Below, one piece after another: positions 9,236 through 17,297 of a stretch of DNA of 24,432 bases. The notes under the pieces were generated by a model. The model made no database searches, was not told where the DNA came from, and worked only from the letters and a program-made list of their open reading frames with translations. The stretch is taken from contig JBFEXS010000023.1 in assembly GCA_041562555.1 (NCBI GenBank), positions 1 to 24,432 of the forward strand, in the 5' to 3' direction. The position numbers and the translations under genes are program-made. Position 1 is the stretch's first letter. Each line of letters opens with the position of its first letter. Origin of the DNA: Sulfurimonadaceae bacterium. GTDB taxonomy: Bacteria > Campylobacterota > Campylobacteria > Campylobacterales > Sulfurimonadaceae.

Positions 9236-10795
9236 ATGAGTGAAGAACTGTTTGAATTTGCCGAAGAGAAGCAAGCGAGCGTAAGTTATGATGGATTCTG
9301 GAAGATACTGGTTGTGGATGATGATGAAGAGGTACATGCCATCACAAAAGCAGTGTTGAAAGACTTTGTTTTTGAAGGAAAAGAACTGGCACTTGTGCAT
9401 GCGAATAGTGCGGCAGAAGCAAGGAAGTGCCTGAGCGAACATGAAGACATTGCTCTGATACTGCTTGATGTGGTAATGGAGACAGATGCAGCCGGACTTG
9501 ATTTTGTCGAATATGTACGCAATGAACTCAATAATAAACTTGTACGAATCGTTCTACGTACCGGCCAGCCTGGACAGGCGCCCCAACGCGATGTCATAGT
9601 TTCTTTGGATATCAATGATTATAAGGAGAAAACAGAACTTACCGTTGATAAGCTTTTTACAACGGTGATCGCCTCGATACGTTCTTATAGGGATCTGATT
9701 AATATCGAACATAAGCGTTCGGTTATCGAGCAAAACCGAAAGGGGTTAAAGCAGATCATCGATGCTTCGTCAAACCTGTTTGAGATACATTCTTTACAAG
9801 AGTTTGCGAAGGGTGCACTTACCCAACTGATATCCATTCTGAATCTTGACGAAGATTCTCTGTATTTGAAAGTTGATGGGCTAAGTCTGAGTAAAACCAG
9901 CGACGGTTTTTATGTTTTAGCGGGAACAGGTAAGTACTCACAGTTTGAGAATCAACCGGTGAATCAATACATTGATAATGATCTAAAAGAAAAATTCGAT
10001 CGTGTCCTTGAAGAAGAGAAATCGATGTTTTTTGATGAAGTCTTTATTGGGTATTTCAGGTCAAGTAATGGCAGCATCAATATGATCTATGTAGATGGCT
10101 GTAAGGGACTAACGGACAACGATAAGGGGTTGATCGATATATATTCTTCCAATGTCGCGATAGCCTTTGAGAATCTTTATCTCGATAAGGAGGTCCTTGA
10201 TACCCAGAATGAAGTGATCTCAACACTCAGTGAGGTAGTTGAAAGCCGCTCCAAGGAGACAGCAAATCACGTCAAGCGTGTGAGTGAGTATGCGTATTAT
10301 CTTGCAAGAAAATCGGGCCTTGGGGAGATTGAGAGCACTACCTTGAAATATGCTTCGCCCCTGCATGACGTAGGTAAGATAGGTATTCCAGATAGTGTTT
10401 TGTTGAAGACGACACGTTTGAGCGATGCTGAGTTTGAAGTGATCAAGACGCATACATCGATTGGCTACAGCATCTTGCGTAACTCTAAACGTCCGATACT
10501 TCAAGCTGCCGCAATAGTTGCCCATGAACATCATGAGAAGTTTGATGGGACAGGGTATCCAAGAGGGCTTAAGGGACATGATATTCATATTTATGGTCGT
10601 ATCATAGCGATTGCAGATGTATTTGATGCTTTGTCGCATCGACGTTGCTATAAAGAGGCATGGAGCCTTGAGGAGACCCTGTCCTACATGGAAGTAAATG
10701 CGGGAACGCATTTTGATCCGGTATTGATCAAACTATTTTTATCGGATATCAGCTATATCCAGGATATTATGCGACGCTATTCTGACGAGATCTGA
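9236..10795 (+). CDS. Response regulator with REC, central DUF3369-like and HD-GYP (putative cyclic-di-GMP phosphodiesterase) domains
   Basis: REC motifs LVVDDD, LLDVVME and LRTGQPG; HD-GYP motifs HDVGKIG, HHEKFDGTGYP and IADVFDAL. GAGG RBS upstream. Confidence 0.9.
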   Translation: MSEELFEFAEEKQASVSYDGFWKILVVDDDEEVHAITKAVLKDFVFEGKELALVHANSAAEARKCLSEHEDIALILLDVVMETDAAGLDFVEYVRNELNNKLVRIVLRTGQPGQAPQRDVIVSLDINDYKEKTELTVDKLFTTVIASIRSYRDLINIEHKRSVIEQNRKGLKQIIDASSNLFEIHSLQEFAKGALTQLISILNLDEDSLYLKVDGLSLSKTSDGFYVLAGTGKYSQFENQPVNQYIDNDLKEKFDRVLEEEKSMFFDEVFIGYFRSSNGSINMIYVDGCKGLTDNDKGLIDIYSSNVAIAFENLYLDKEVLDTQNEVISTLSEVVESRSKETANHVKRVSEYAYYLARKSGLGEIESTTLKYASPLHDVGKIGIPDSVLLKTTRLSDAEFEVIKTHTSIGYSILRNSKRPILQAAAIVAHEHHEKFDGTGYPRGLKGHDIHIYGRIIAIADVFDALSHRRCYKEAWSLEETLSYMEVNAGTHFDPVLIKLFLSDISYIQDIMRRYSDEI

Positions 10796-10796
10796 A

Positions 10797-11954
10797 TCAA
10801 GATAAGAGATGTCTGTGTATATAGCGTTTGAAACGTATGATATAGTAGGAAATTCCAAGTTTATTATCGGCTCTTCCCAGGGAAAGGATATCATCAATGT
10901 AGAGTGGAAAAAAGAGTTTTTTAATTCTGTGTAGTTGTTGAAATATTGTATCATCAAGTTTTAGAACAAAGAAAAACTCCATCCATCGAATTCCCCTCTT
11001 CTTTGGTCTTAAGATATAATATTTCGTATATTGCTCCATCACTTCCTGAAACTGTTTGTTAAGTGAACTTTTTTTGAGAAGCCTTTTTGTTTCCTCATCA
11101 GGCATCTTTTGTAAGTAGAGTTCCTGAAGGAGCCGTAAACTTAAAAGATAAATCTTCAGGACTTTCTCCTCTGTGGCAAGTGCATATAGTCTTTTCCAGT
11201 CATATATGTGGTGATATTTATCAAAAAGACGATTAAGATCATTAATCCATTCTATTCGCTCAAAGCGATGTTTGGCTGCATGGATACATAGATACAAAAA
11301 CTCCTCTTCATGATCAAGAATACGCAGCTTTAGCCCTTGTAAAGAAAGGCTTGAACTGTGTTTAAAAAGGGTGGGGGTGTCACCAAAAATCGCAGAAGAG
11401 AAGGCAAAAAGCTTCCAATGGAGTTCAATGACAAGACCGGTTTCCGGATGTACAAAGGAGATATCCGAAAAATGCTCTAAAATATAGGGATTACGAAGTG
11501 CTTCAAGGGAGTGTTCACAACAGTATCCCATCTCAAGAATCACTTCTGAGACTTTTAAAAGGTCTCCCGGTAGAACGAGGATGTCCAAGTCGCTGAAAGG
11601 ACGCAGCCTGATCTCTCCATAGGCGTGTTGGGCTAAGGCTGGACCTTTTATAGAGAGAAGCTCAATATCGTGGTATGTCTTCAGTTTATAGCAGAGTTGA
11701 AGAAGTTGGGCAGTGATGAAAAAATTGCTTTTGGCTATTTTTACAGCTGCATCTTTTATAGCAGGTGCTGATTTGATTTCCTTGATTGCAAGGAGCACTT
11801 CGTATACTAAAGGCAGTACACCATGAGCAATGGCCAGATCAAGTAAAAGAGTTTCATCGATGCCATCATGAAAAATCTCTGAGATTCTCTTCTGTGAGGG
11901 CGTAATCTGAGAGACTTCGAACAGTAGTTCCAATTCATTGCTGAATTTACTCAA
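10797..11954 (-). CDS. Nucleotidyltransferase family protein (NTP_transf_5-like, as found in lasso-peptide and HprK-related loci)
   Basis: IKGPALA..Y...RPFSDLDILV (KG plus DxD), IELHW and HAAKH motifs. The TTG start overlaps the PqqD-gene TGA (TTGA at 11951-11954). Confidence 0.85.
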   Translation of the reverse strand: MSKFSNELELLFEVSQITPSQKRISEIFHDGIDETLLLDLAIAHGVLPLVYEVLLAIKEIKSAPAIKDAAVKIAKSNFFITAQLLQLCYKLKTYHDIELLSIKGPALAQHAYGEIRLRPFSDLDILVLPGDLLKVSEVILEMGYCCEHSLEALRNPYILEHFSDISFVHPETGLVIELHWKLFAFSSAIFGDTPTLFKHSSSLSLQGLKLRILDHEEEFLYLCIHAAKHRFERIEWINDLNRLFDKYHHIYDWKRLYALATEEKVLKIYLLSLRLLQELYLQKMPDEETKRLLKKSSLNKQFQEVMEQYTKYYILRPKKRGIRWMEFFFVLKLDDTIFQQLHRIKKLFFPLYIDDILSLGRADNKLGISYYIIRFKRYIHRHLLS

Positions 11955-12223
11955 GTGAGCTCAATTAAGTGATGACTTTTCAGTTCATTGATGAGCATTA
12001 GCAGGTCCTGTTCAAGCTGTTGAGGACCTACATCAAACTCTTGCAAGATCAATGTATATGTTTCTTGTAGACTTTTTCCCTCCTGTAGCATATTCACAAA
12101 AAGTGCCCCGACGGGGTTTAGTCCATAATGCTCTTGTGTTTGAATATCAAGCAAAACAGCTTCGTCATCAAAATGTTGGAACATGATATGGGAAGGAAAA
12201 GAAATCTGTTTTTCAAATAGCAT
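11951..12223 (-). CDS. Stand-alone PqqD-family protein / RiPP recognition element (lasso B1-like)
   Basis: 90 aa with the typical DDEAVLLD....HYGLNPVG...L...EFDV...LEQDL..LI..L...LI pattern. Overlaps both neighbours. Confidence 0.9.
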   Translation of the reverse strand: MLFEKQISFPSHIMFQHFDDEAVLLDIQTQEHYGLNPVGALFVNMLQEGKSLQETYTLILQEFDVGPQQLEQDLLMLINELKSHHLIELT

Positions 12224-13100
12224 GGCTGCTCTTTATACGTGATTTGTGGTGCTGACATATAGCCTCATAGACTTCGTGAAGACGTGTCAGATCCCATGGG
12301 ATATCAATAGAATACACGTCGATAACCTTTGCTATTTTAGCAATTAATTCAAAAGAACGTGCTTTGTTAAGGGGAAGGTTGAAATCAAAGTTATATTGCA
12401 AGGCTTTGTATTTTTCCAGTCCTCGCAATATATTAAAATGGACAGGGTCTTCTTTGGGTGCTTTCCGGAGGACATATATGGCATCGAGTGCCTGTATGCC
12501 CGCAGCAAAATTGTCCACCGAAACGCCCAGATCCTCCATCTTACGATAAGGCCTATGATAGGGATAAGAGGGGACAGAGACGATCTTGTCATCCTGGGCA
12601 AGAAGCGCTACTCTGTCATCGCTGATCATAGTATGGTTCTGTCGGATGAAATAATCCGTCAAAGTCGATTTCCCACCATGGGATGGTGCGATAAATAAAA
12701 CACGATGGTCATTGATCTCAACTCCTCCGGCATGAATAAACTCAAAGATGCCTTCAATCGTTAAAAAGACAGGACACAATGTATGCAAGAACCAATACCT
12801 TAGAAGTTCAGGAGTGCCTTCGGTGTGTAGTTGATATGAAACAACAAAACTACCTTTAGACCAAAAGAAATCAATGACGTCTTTGACACTGAAACACCAT
12901 TGTTGGCCATCAACATTTGACTCAAAGGTGTGGTCCGTGGACAATGATACTTCACGGCCCTGGTTTTGCTGATAGTAAATAACATTTGCAAAACTTCTTT
13001 GAGGTGTGTCTAGGGGTGTTAAAAAGATGGTAGAGGCAGGGCGTTTGCTGTCATCATGAATGGGAATATCGTAATGTATGTCGTGTGCAAAGGCTGTCAT
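12213..13100 (-). CDS. HPr kinase-like peptide kinase (PadeK / HprK-related)
   Basis: IHAGGV (catalytic His region), Walker A APSHGGKST and SDD acidic pair, in the order seen in HprK-fold kinases. Lacks the size and N-terminal domain of a canonical HprK. Confidence 0.82.
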   Translation of the reverse strand: MTAFAHDIHYDIPIHDDSKRPASTIFLTPLDTPQRSFANVIYYQQNQGREVSLSTDHTFESNVDGQQWCFSVKDVIDFFWSKGSFVVSYQLHTEGTPELLRYWFLHTLCPVFLTIEGIFEFIHAGGVEINDHRVLFIAPSHGGKSTLTDYFIRQNHTMISDDRVALLAQDDKIVSVPSYPYHRPYRKMEDLGVSVDNFAAGIQALDAIYVLRKAPKEDPVHFNILRGLEKYKALQYNFDFNLPLNKARSFELIAKIAKVIDVYSIDIPWDLTRLHEVYEAICQHHKSRIKSSHAI

Positions 13101-13159
13101 CTAAAATATATTACCCTGTTCTGTTTTTCATAAGTATAGCGAAAGTGATCCCTGTAGCC

Positions 13160-13227
13160 ATTATAATTCTATCATTTACTGTTGGTTAACTAATTTAAAC
13201 CAGATATAATTAATACTATGCCATAAT
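13160..13227. promoter_or_regulatory. Candidate divergent sigma70 -10 elements for the kinase operon and the peptide gene
   Basis: Palindromic ATTATAAT at 13160-13167 gives TATAAT on both strands; there is also TATAAT at 13205-13210 and TGcCATAAT at 13219-13227 in an AT-rich spacer. Confidence 0.4.
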
Positions 13228-13271
13228 CAGGCAAAAGTAATCTAGTCTAAAGTTTTGAAATGAGGGTAAGC

Positions 13272-13526
13272 ATGGAAAAAGTATTTGAAAATGACTGTAA
13301 TGAGTCACGTCGTGATCTTTTAAAAAAGGCCTATGTAGCGCCAGCAATAGTGGCTTTAGGCTCGATGACGCTGACAACGAATCTCAGCGGTTCGTCATCT
13401 TTACAGAATAATGGATGGGGAAATGGTGATCAAACAGCACCGGGGCACTCTTTGCCTAACAATGATGCTGAAAACAATTTGCATGGAAAATATCATAATA
13501 AATTTGGTTCTCCAAACCCTAATTAA
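13272..13526 (+). CDS. Small (84 aa) putative RiPP precursor / Tat-signal peptide
   Basis: GAGGG at 13262-13266 precedes the ATG at 13272. The product has SRRDLLK, then YVAPAIVALGSMTLTT, a Ser-rich linker and an Asn/Gly-rich tail. It is divergent from the kinase-PqqD-NTase operon and followed by a hairpin. Confidence 0.72.
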   Translation: MEKVFENDCNESRRDLLKKAYVAPAIVALGSMTLTTNLSGSSSLQNNGWGNGDQTAPGHSLPNNDAENNLHGKYHNKFGSPNPN

Positions 13527-13550
13527 TACTCGTATGTCCCGCAACTGAGA

Positions 13551-13578
13551 TCAGAGTCTTTTCAGGCTTTGACTTTTT
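13551..13578 (+). terminator. Probable intrinsic terminator of the peptide gene
   Basis: TCAGAGTCT-TTTC-AGGCTTTGA forms a 9-bp stem with two G-U pairs, followed by CTTTTT, about 25 nt after the stop. Confidence 0.5.
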
Positions 13579-13743
13579 CCTTCGTAACAAAGATGGTTTT
13601 TACCACTTCCTTTAGTTCACTTCTGATGTGAATAATGTTAAATATAGATACTTTTAAAGATTAAAGTTTAATTTTTTTTACAAACTAAAGTCAGATTAAT
13701 CTTAACAATATACAATTAAGCATTCTAAACTATGGAGAAAATA

Positions 13744-14025
13744 ATGAAAAAAGTTCTTGTATTACTTGCAGTTCTAGGTTTAAGCTCAGCTGCAATGGCT
13801 GACGCATATACAAAGTGTGCTGGTTGTCACGGTGCAAACGGTGAGAAAAAAGCTCTTGGTAAAAGTAAAGTGATCGCTGAGATGGCTAAAGCTGATATCG
13901 TTGCTGCACTTAAAGGTTATAAAGACGGTTCATATGGTGGTCCAATGAAAGGTCTTATGAAAGGTCAAGTTGCTGCACTTAGCGATGCTGACATTACTGC
14001 TATCGCTGAAAAAATCGGTAAATAG
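13744..14025 (+). CDS. Periplasmic monoheme cytochrome c553
   Basis: Sec signal MKKVLVLLAVLGLSSAAMA, heme motif CAGCH and YGGPMKGLM with the axial Met. GGAGA RBS favours the ATG at 13744 over 13732. Confidence 0.93.
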   Translation: MKKVLVLLAVLGLSSAAMADAYTKCAGCHGANGEKKALGKSKVIAEMAKADIVAALKGYKDGSYGGPMKGLMKGQVAALSDADITAIAEKIGK

Positions 14026-14041
14026 TAAATTCTTTCTTCCA

Positions 14042-14064
14042 TGTGCGGGTTTTAAACCTGCACA
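14042..14064 (+). terminator. Hairpin downstream of cytochrome c, probable terminator
   Basis: TGTGCGGGTTT / AAACCTGCACA inverted repeat 16 nt after the stop; the U-tract is weak. Confidence 0.5.
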
Positions 14065-14147
14065 CTTCCATTAAACTTTCTATATTTTATCATTCGCTTT
14101 CATTAACAAATCTTTTTAATTTTTGATTTTTAACTCAGGAAATTGAC

Positions 14148-14174
14148 CCAACTATTTACTACTAAAATAGTTGG
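14148..14174. repeat. Perfect 10-bp inverted repeat (terminator of the minus-strand gene or a protein-binding site)
   Basis: CCAACTATTT-N7-AAATAGTTGG, ending 26 nt beyond the stop of the 14201-14725 gene. Confidence 0.5.
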
Positions 14175-14200
14175 TCTATAGGAGGATTGGATGATTAGGT

Positions 14201-14725
14201 TTATTTCTCGCTGATAAGTTCTGTAATAATATGATGCTGTAGGTCTTTGTCCTTGATCCCATGCTCTTTGGCTTCCGAATAGATGTGTGAAACCTTTTGG
14301 TTGTTCTTGTCATAATCAAAATGAGGAAAGTGGTTTTTCCATGCTTTGATAATGAGTTGTTTCGAGATCTGTTCTATCAACCATGATTTGAAAAGAGCAA
14401 AAGTAGAAAAAAGCATGATTGTGATTATAATAGAGAGAATGATGAGTGCATGACAATCGATTTTTGCTAACAAGGAATGAAAGATAATAGAGGGGGGAGT
14501 GGTGATCAAAAACAGTAAAATGACGAAGACAAGATATAAACGTGCCAAACGAATGCGAAAACCGGTCATATTGTACTCGAGATTCATGCCGTCATTATAG
14601 ATCTTATTGGCATTCATCAACTCGGTAAAGCGCATTGGTTGATCAGAGAGCTTAAAAACAAAGGGAGTGATCTTTGATTGAACAAAGTTTTTAAGGATAT
14701 CTTTCGGTGCAGCAAAAAGGCCCAT
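14201..14725 (-). CDS. Hypothetical membrane protein (two predicted TM segments)
   Basis: 174-aa ORF with two hydrophobic stretches, a purine-rich RBS and an upstream TGGTATAAT. Confidence 0.75.
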   Translation of the reverse strand: MGLFAAPKDILKNFVQSKITPFVFKLSDQPMRFTELMNANKIYNDGMNLEYNMTGFRIRLARLYLVFVILLFLITTPPSIIFHSLLAKIDCHALIILSIIITIMLFSTFALFKSWLIEQISKQLIIKAWKNHFPHFDYDKNNQKVSHIYSEAKEHGIKDKDLQHHIITELISEK

Positions 14726-14754
14726 CTTTTCTTTCTTTCAGTTTAATTTTGTGT

Positions 14755-14788
14755 ATTATACCACTTGTATGAATTAATGCTGTATAAT
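14755..14788. promoter_or_regulatory. Divergent -10 elements
   Basis: TGGTATAAT on the minus strand (14755-14763) and TATAAT on the plus strand (14783-14788), between divergent genes. Confidence 0.6.
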
Positions 14789-14812
14789 CTTGAAAATTTT
14801 TAGGAGTGATGT

Positions 14813-15376
14813 ATGATAAAAGCGAGTGCACGTCATATTTTAGTGGATAGTGAAGAACAGTGCTTGGCACTTAAATCGGAGATTGAATCAGGAAAAGATT
14901 TTGCTGAAGTTGCAATGCAAAACTCCGCATGTCCATCCAAAGCTCAAGGCGGGGAACTGGGTGAGTTTGGACCGGGACAGATGGTACCAGAGTTTGACAA
15001 GGTCTGTTTCGAAGGCGACCTTGGGGTACTTCATGTGGTGAAAACGGATTTCGGTTATCATATCGTGGAAGTGACCGGTCGCGGAGAAGTTCAGATGCCA
15101 AGCGGTATGGCAAGTGCACGCCATATCTTGGTTGAGAGTGAAGAAAAATGCCTGGCGCTTAAAGCAGAGATTGAAGCGGGTAAAGACTTTGCTCAAGCTG
15201 CACAGGAATACTCTTCGTGCCCATCAAAGGCTCAAGGCGGGGAACTGGGTGAGTTTGGACCGGGACAGATGGTACCTGAGTTTGACAAGGTCTGTTTCGA
15301 AGGCGATCTGGGCATTATCCATGTGGTACAGACACAGTTTGGCTGGCATCTGGTAGAAGTTACCGCACGCTCTTAA
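14813..15376 (+). CDS. ppiC: Peptidyl-prolyl cis-trans isomerase with two tandem PpiC/parvulin domains
   Basis: Two copies of ASARHILV...CPSKAQGGELGEFGPGQMVPEFD...T.FG(Y/W)H. AGGAG RBS; no signal peptide. Confidence 0.92.
   Translation: MIKASARHILVDSEEQCLALKSEIESGKDFAEVAMQNSACPSKAQGGELGEFGPGQMVPEFDKVCFEGDLGVLHVVKTDFGYHIVEVTGRGEVQMPSGMASARHILVESEEKCLALKAEIEAGKDFAQAAQEYSSCPSKAQGGELGEFGPGQMVPEFDKVCFEGDLGIIHVVQTQFGWHLVEVTARS
14942..15306 (+). repeat. 77-bp near-identical direct repeat within the double parvulin gene
   Basis: 14942-15018 and 15230-15306 match at 76 of 77 positions (A14989 vs T15277), offset 288 bp. Confidence 0.9.
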
Positions 15377-17297
15377 GCCCTTTAACAAAGGCATGGATTT
15401 TGGCCTTTAGCAAGCCAAGTTCATGCTGTCTCTTAGAATATCGGAGTTCATGGTAGAGTCGGTTTATCTCTGCAAGACTTTGGTAATGATTCGTCTTTCC
15501 CATAAGTGATTGTAAAAACTCGGACATACTTTCGCCCTGTTTTCGTTCAAATCCCTCTTTTCTTAATGCCCTTATCAAAACCTCCATCTCACACAATAGT
15601 TTGTCTTTACATTGCACTTTTTGAAGTGAGATGAACAGAAAAAATGCGAGTGTGACAAGAAGTAAGAGCGTAGCTATAAACTTGATCAGAAAGAGTGTGT
15701 CCGAGAGCAACTCTTTAAGTAATGAAAGTTGTTTGGAACGGTCATACTGCAAGACCCAGGTATTGATAAGATGACGTGTATACATATAATATATATTAAG
15801 GTGTTTAAAAAGCTTCTGTAGTGTAGTGTCTTGTGTGTATGCGCTCGCAAGACCTGTATTGTCGGCTTTGATAACACGTCTTGCAGTGGATGTCGGCTCA
15901 AATCTGATCCAGCCTTTGTCTTTTAGGTAGAGTTCGACCCAGGCATGGGCATCGGCTTCTTTGACAACAAGGTAATCATTGATGGCATTGGCTGCATCTG
16001 CCTTATATCCTGTAACGATACGGGAAGGGATACCCAGCATACGCGCAGATGTAGCAAAAGCAGCAGCAAAATGGACACAATACCCAACCTTTGAATCGTG
16101 TAAAAACGAATCTGTAGGGCGCAAGAGGTCCAGTCTCTTAGGCTTGAGGGAGTAGGAAAGGTCCAAAGAGGTGAAATAGCTCATGAGGGCTTTGGCCTTG
16201 GTGTTGTCGTCTTGATCTATATCGATAGTGTTCATTAGGTCCTGATAGGTTCTGGGATCACGGCTGATGTTGACATCAAGGGCTCTTTCAAAGGTATTCT
16301 CTTTCTGTGTTGTATAAACCAGTGCAGCACGACCTTCATAATAGGTGATCTCGTCAATAGGTTGTGTAGAATAGGTGATGTAGTCCTTCGTTATATAACT
16401 TTTGGGAGGTTGACGTAGGGGCAGATCGAGCATATACAGCCATCGTTTTTTATGCGGATATAGTTTGACCCTGTAGTCTATGACTGCTTTTGGGTTGAAA
16501 ATGGATACGCGAGTAGCCCTTGGCGGTTCACTGTTGATCCACTCATTGAGTTTATCCTCATATAAAGTAGAGCCACGAAAGTATAAAAGGGCAGCAGGAG
16601 GCACCTCTCCTTCAAAACTGACCTCCATGACGATCTTGGGAGAGGGAACAAGCAGCGCCTTGGAATCGAGATACATATGACCATCGTGACCTGTTCGGCT
16701 AATCTGCTCACCTTGAAAACCGAAGCTTGCTTTTTTATAGGATATTCGAGGAAAGGTAAGAAAGAGAAGCAAAACGATCGGTAAAGAGAAGAGATATAAA
16801 AGCCCATTAATACGGAGTGCATTTCGAAGGCTGCTATGCATACGCGCATAAAGCAGCAGGAGTGTAAAGATAAAGAGGGTGAACAGGGCATAAAACAACA
16901 TGGATATAGAGTTGAAAAAGAAGAATGACAGGATCATTAACATCGCAGGGGAGATCAACAGATAAAAATTGATTGTCTGGGTGAGTCTTTGCAAAATGAT
17001 GGCCATGGTTAGAAAGGAGATGAGTAAAGAGATGAAAACAAGCAGGCGTGAGAAACTAGAGAAGTTATATTCGGCAAAGAAACTTAGACTGATCGCCAAT
17101 ATACCTAAAAAAGTAAAGATAAGAAGCGTGAGTCGCGAATTTGATTTTTTATAGATAAAGATCAGACCCAAAAAAGCAAAAACAAGCATAGGTAACTTGA
17201 GGATGAAAAGGTGCGGCAGAAAGGAGAGACCAAGGGCAATATCAAGCAGTTGAAGACGCGTTAATTTAGTAGAGGGCAAGAAATGTGAGAATTTCAT
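15360..17297 (-). CDS. Membrane-anchored transglutaminase-like protein (DUF3488/TgpA type)
   Basis: Multi-TM N-terminus; GYCVHFA (Cys), RIVTGY, AHAWVE (His) and RFEPT. Third gene of the MoxR-DUF58 operon. Confidence 0.88.
   Translation of the reverse strand: MKFSHFLPSTKLTRLQLLDIALGLSFLPHLFILKLPMLVFAFLGLIFIYKKSNSRLTLLIFTFLGILAISLSFFAEYNFSSFSRLLVFISLLISFLTMAIILQRLTQTINFYLLISPAMLMILSFFFFNSISMLFYALFTLFIFTLLLLYARMHSSLRNALRINGLLYLFSLPIVLLLFLTFPRISYKKASFGFQGEQISRTGHDGHMYLDSKALLVPSPKIVMEVSFEGEVPPAALLYFRGSTLYEDKLNEWINSEPPRATRVSIFNPKAVIDYRVKLYPHKKRWLYMLDLPLRQPPKSYITKDYITYSTQPIDEITYYEGRAALVYTTQKENTFERALDVNISRDPRTYQDLMNTIDIDQDDNTKAKALMSYFTSLDLSYSLKPKRLDLLRPTDSFLHDSKVGYCVHFAAAFATSARMLGIPSRIVTGYKADAANAINDYLVVKEADAHAWVELYLKDKGWIRFEPTSTARRVIKADNTGLASAYTQDTTLQKLFKHLNIYYMYTRHLINTWVLQYDRSKQLSLLKELLSDTLFLIKFIATLLLLVTLAFFLFISLQKVQCKDKLLCEMEVLIRALRKEGFERKQGESMSEFLQSLMGKTNHYQSLAEINRLYHELRYSKRQHELGLLKAKIHAFVKGLKSVR

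Noticed and set aside
11951..12223. PQQ biosynthesis
   Set aside because: No pqqA/B/C/E or radical SAM gene is nearby, so the PqqD fold is better read as a generic RRE.
13272..13526. Calling the peptide a canonical lasso peptide precursor
   Set aside because: The leader motif fits, but there is no Asp/Glu at core positions 7-9, the 47-residue core is too long, and no cyclase or B2 peptidase is present in the window.
14181..14214. GGAGG followed by ATG, giving a 7-codon mini-ORF (MIRFISR)
   Set aside because: It is too short, overlaps the antisense stop of the membrane-protein gene and has no other support.
14942..15306. Direct repeat as a CRISPR array or mobile-element end
   Set aside because: There are only two in-frame copies inside a duplicated protein domain, with no cas, transposase or integrase genes.
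15360..17297. Transglutaminase-like protein as the missing leader peptidase (lasso B2 enzymes share the fold)
   Set aside because: It is the multi-TM DUF3488/TgpA type in its usual MoxR-DUF58 operon and is separated from the peptide locus by unrelated genes.
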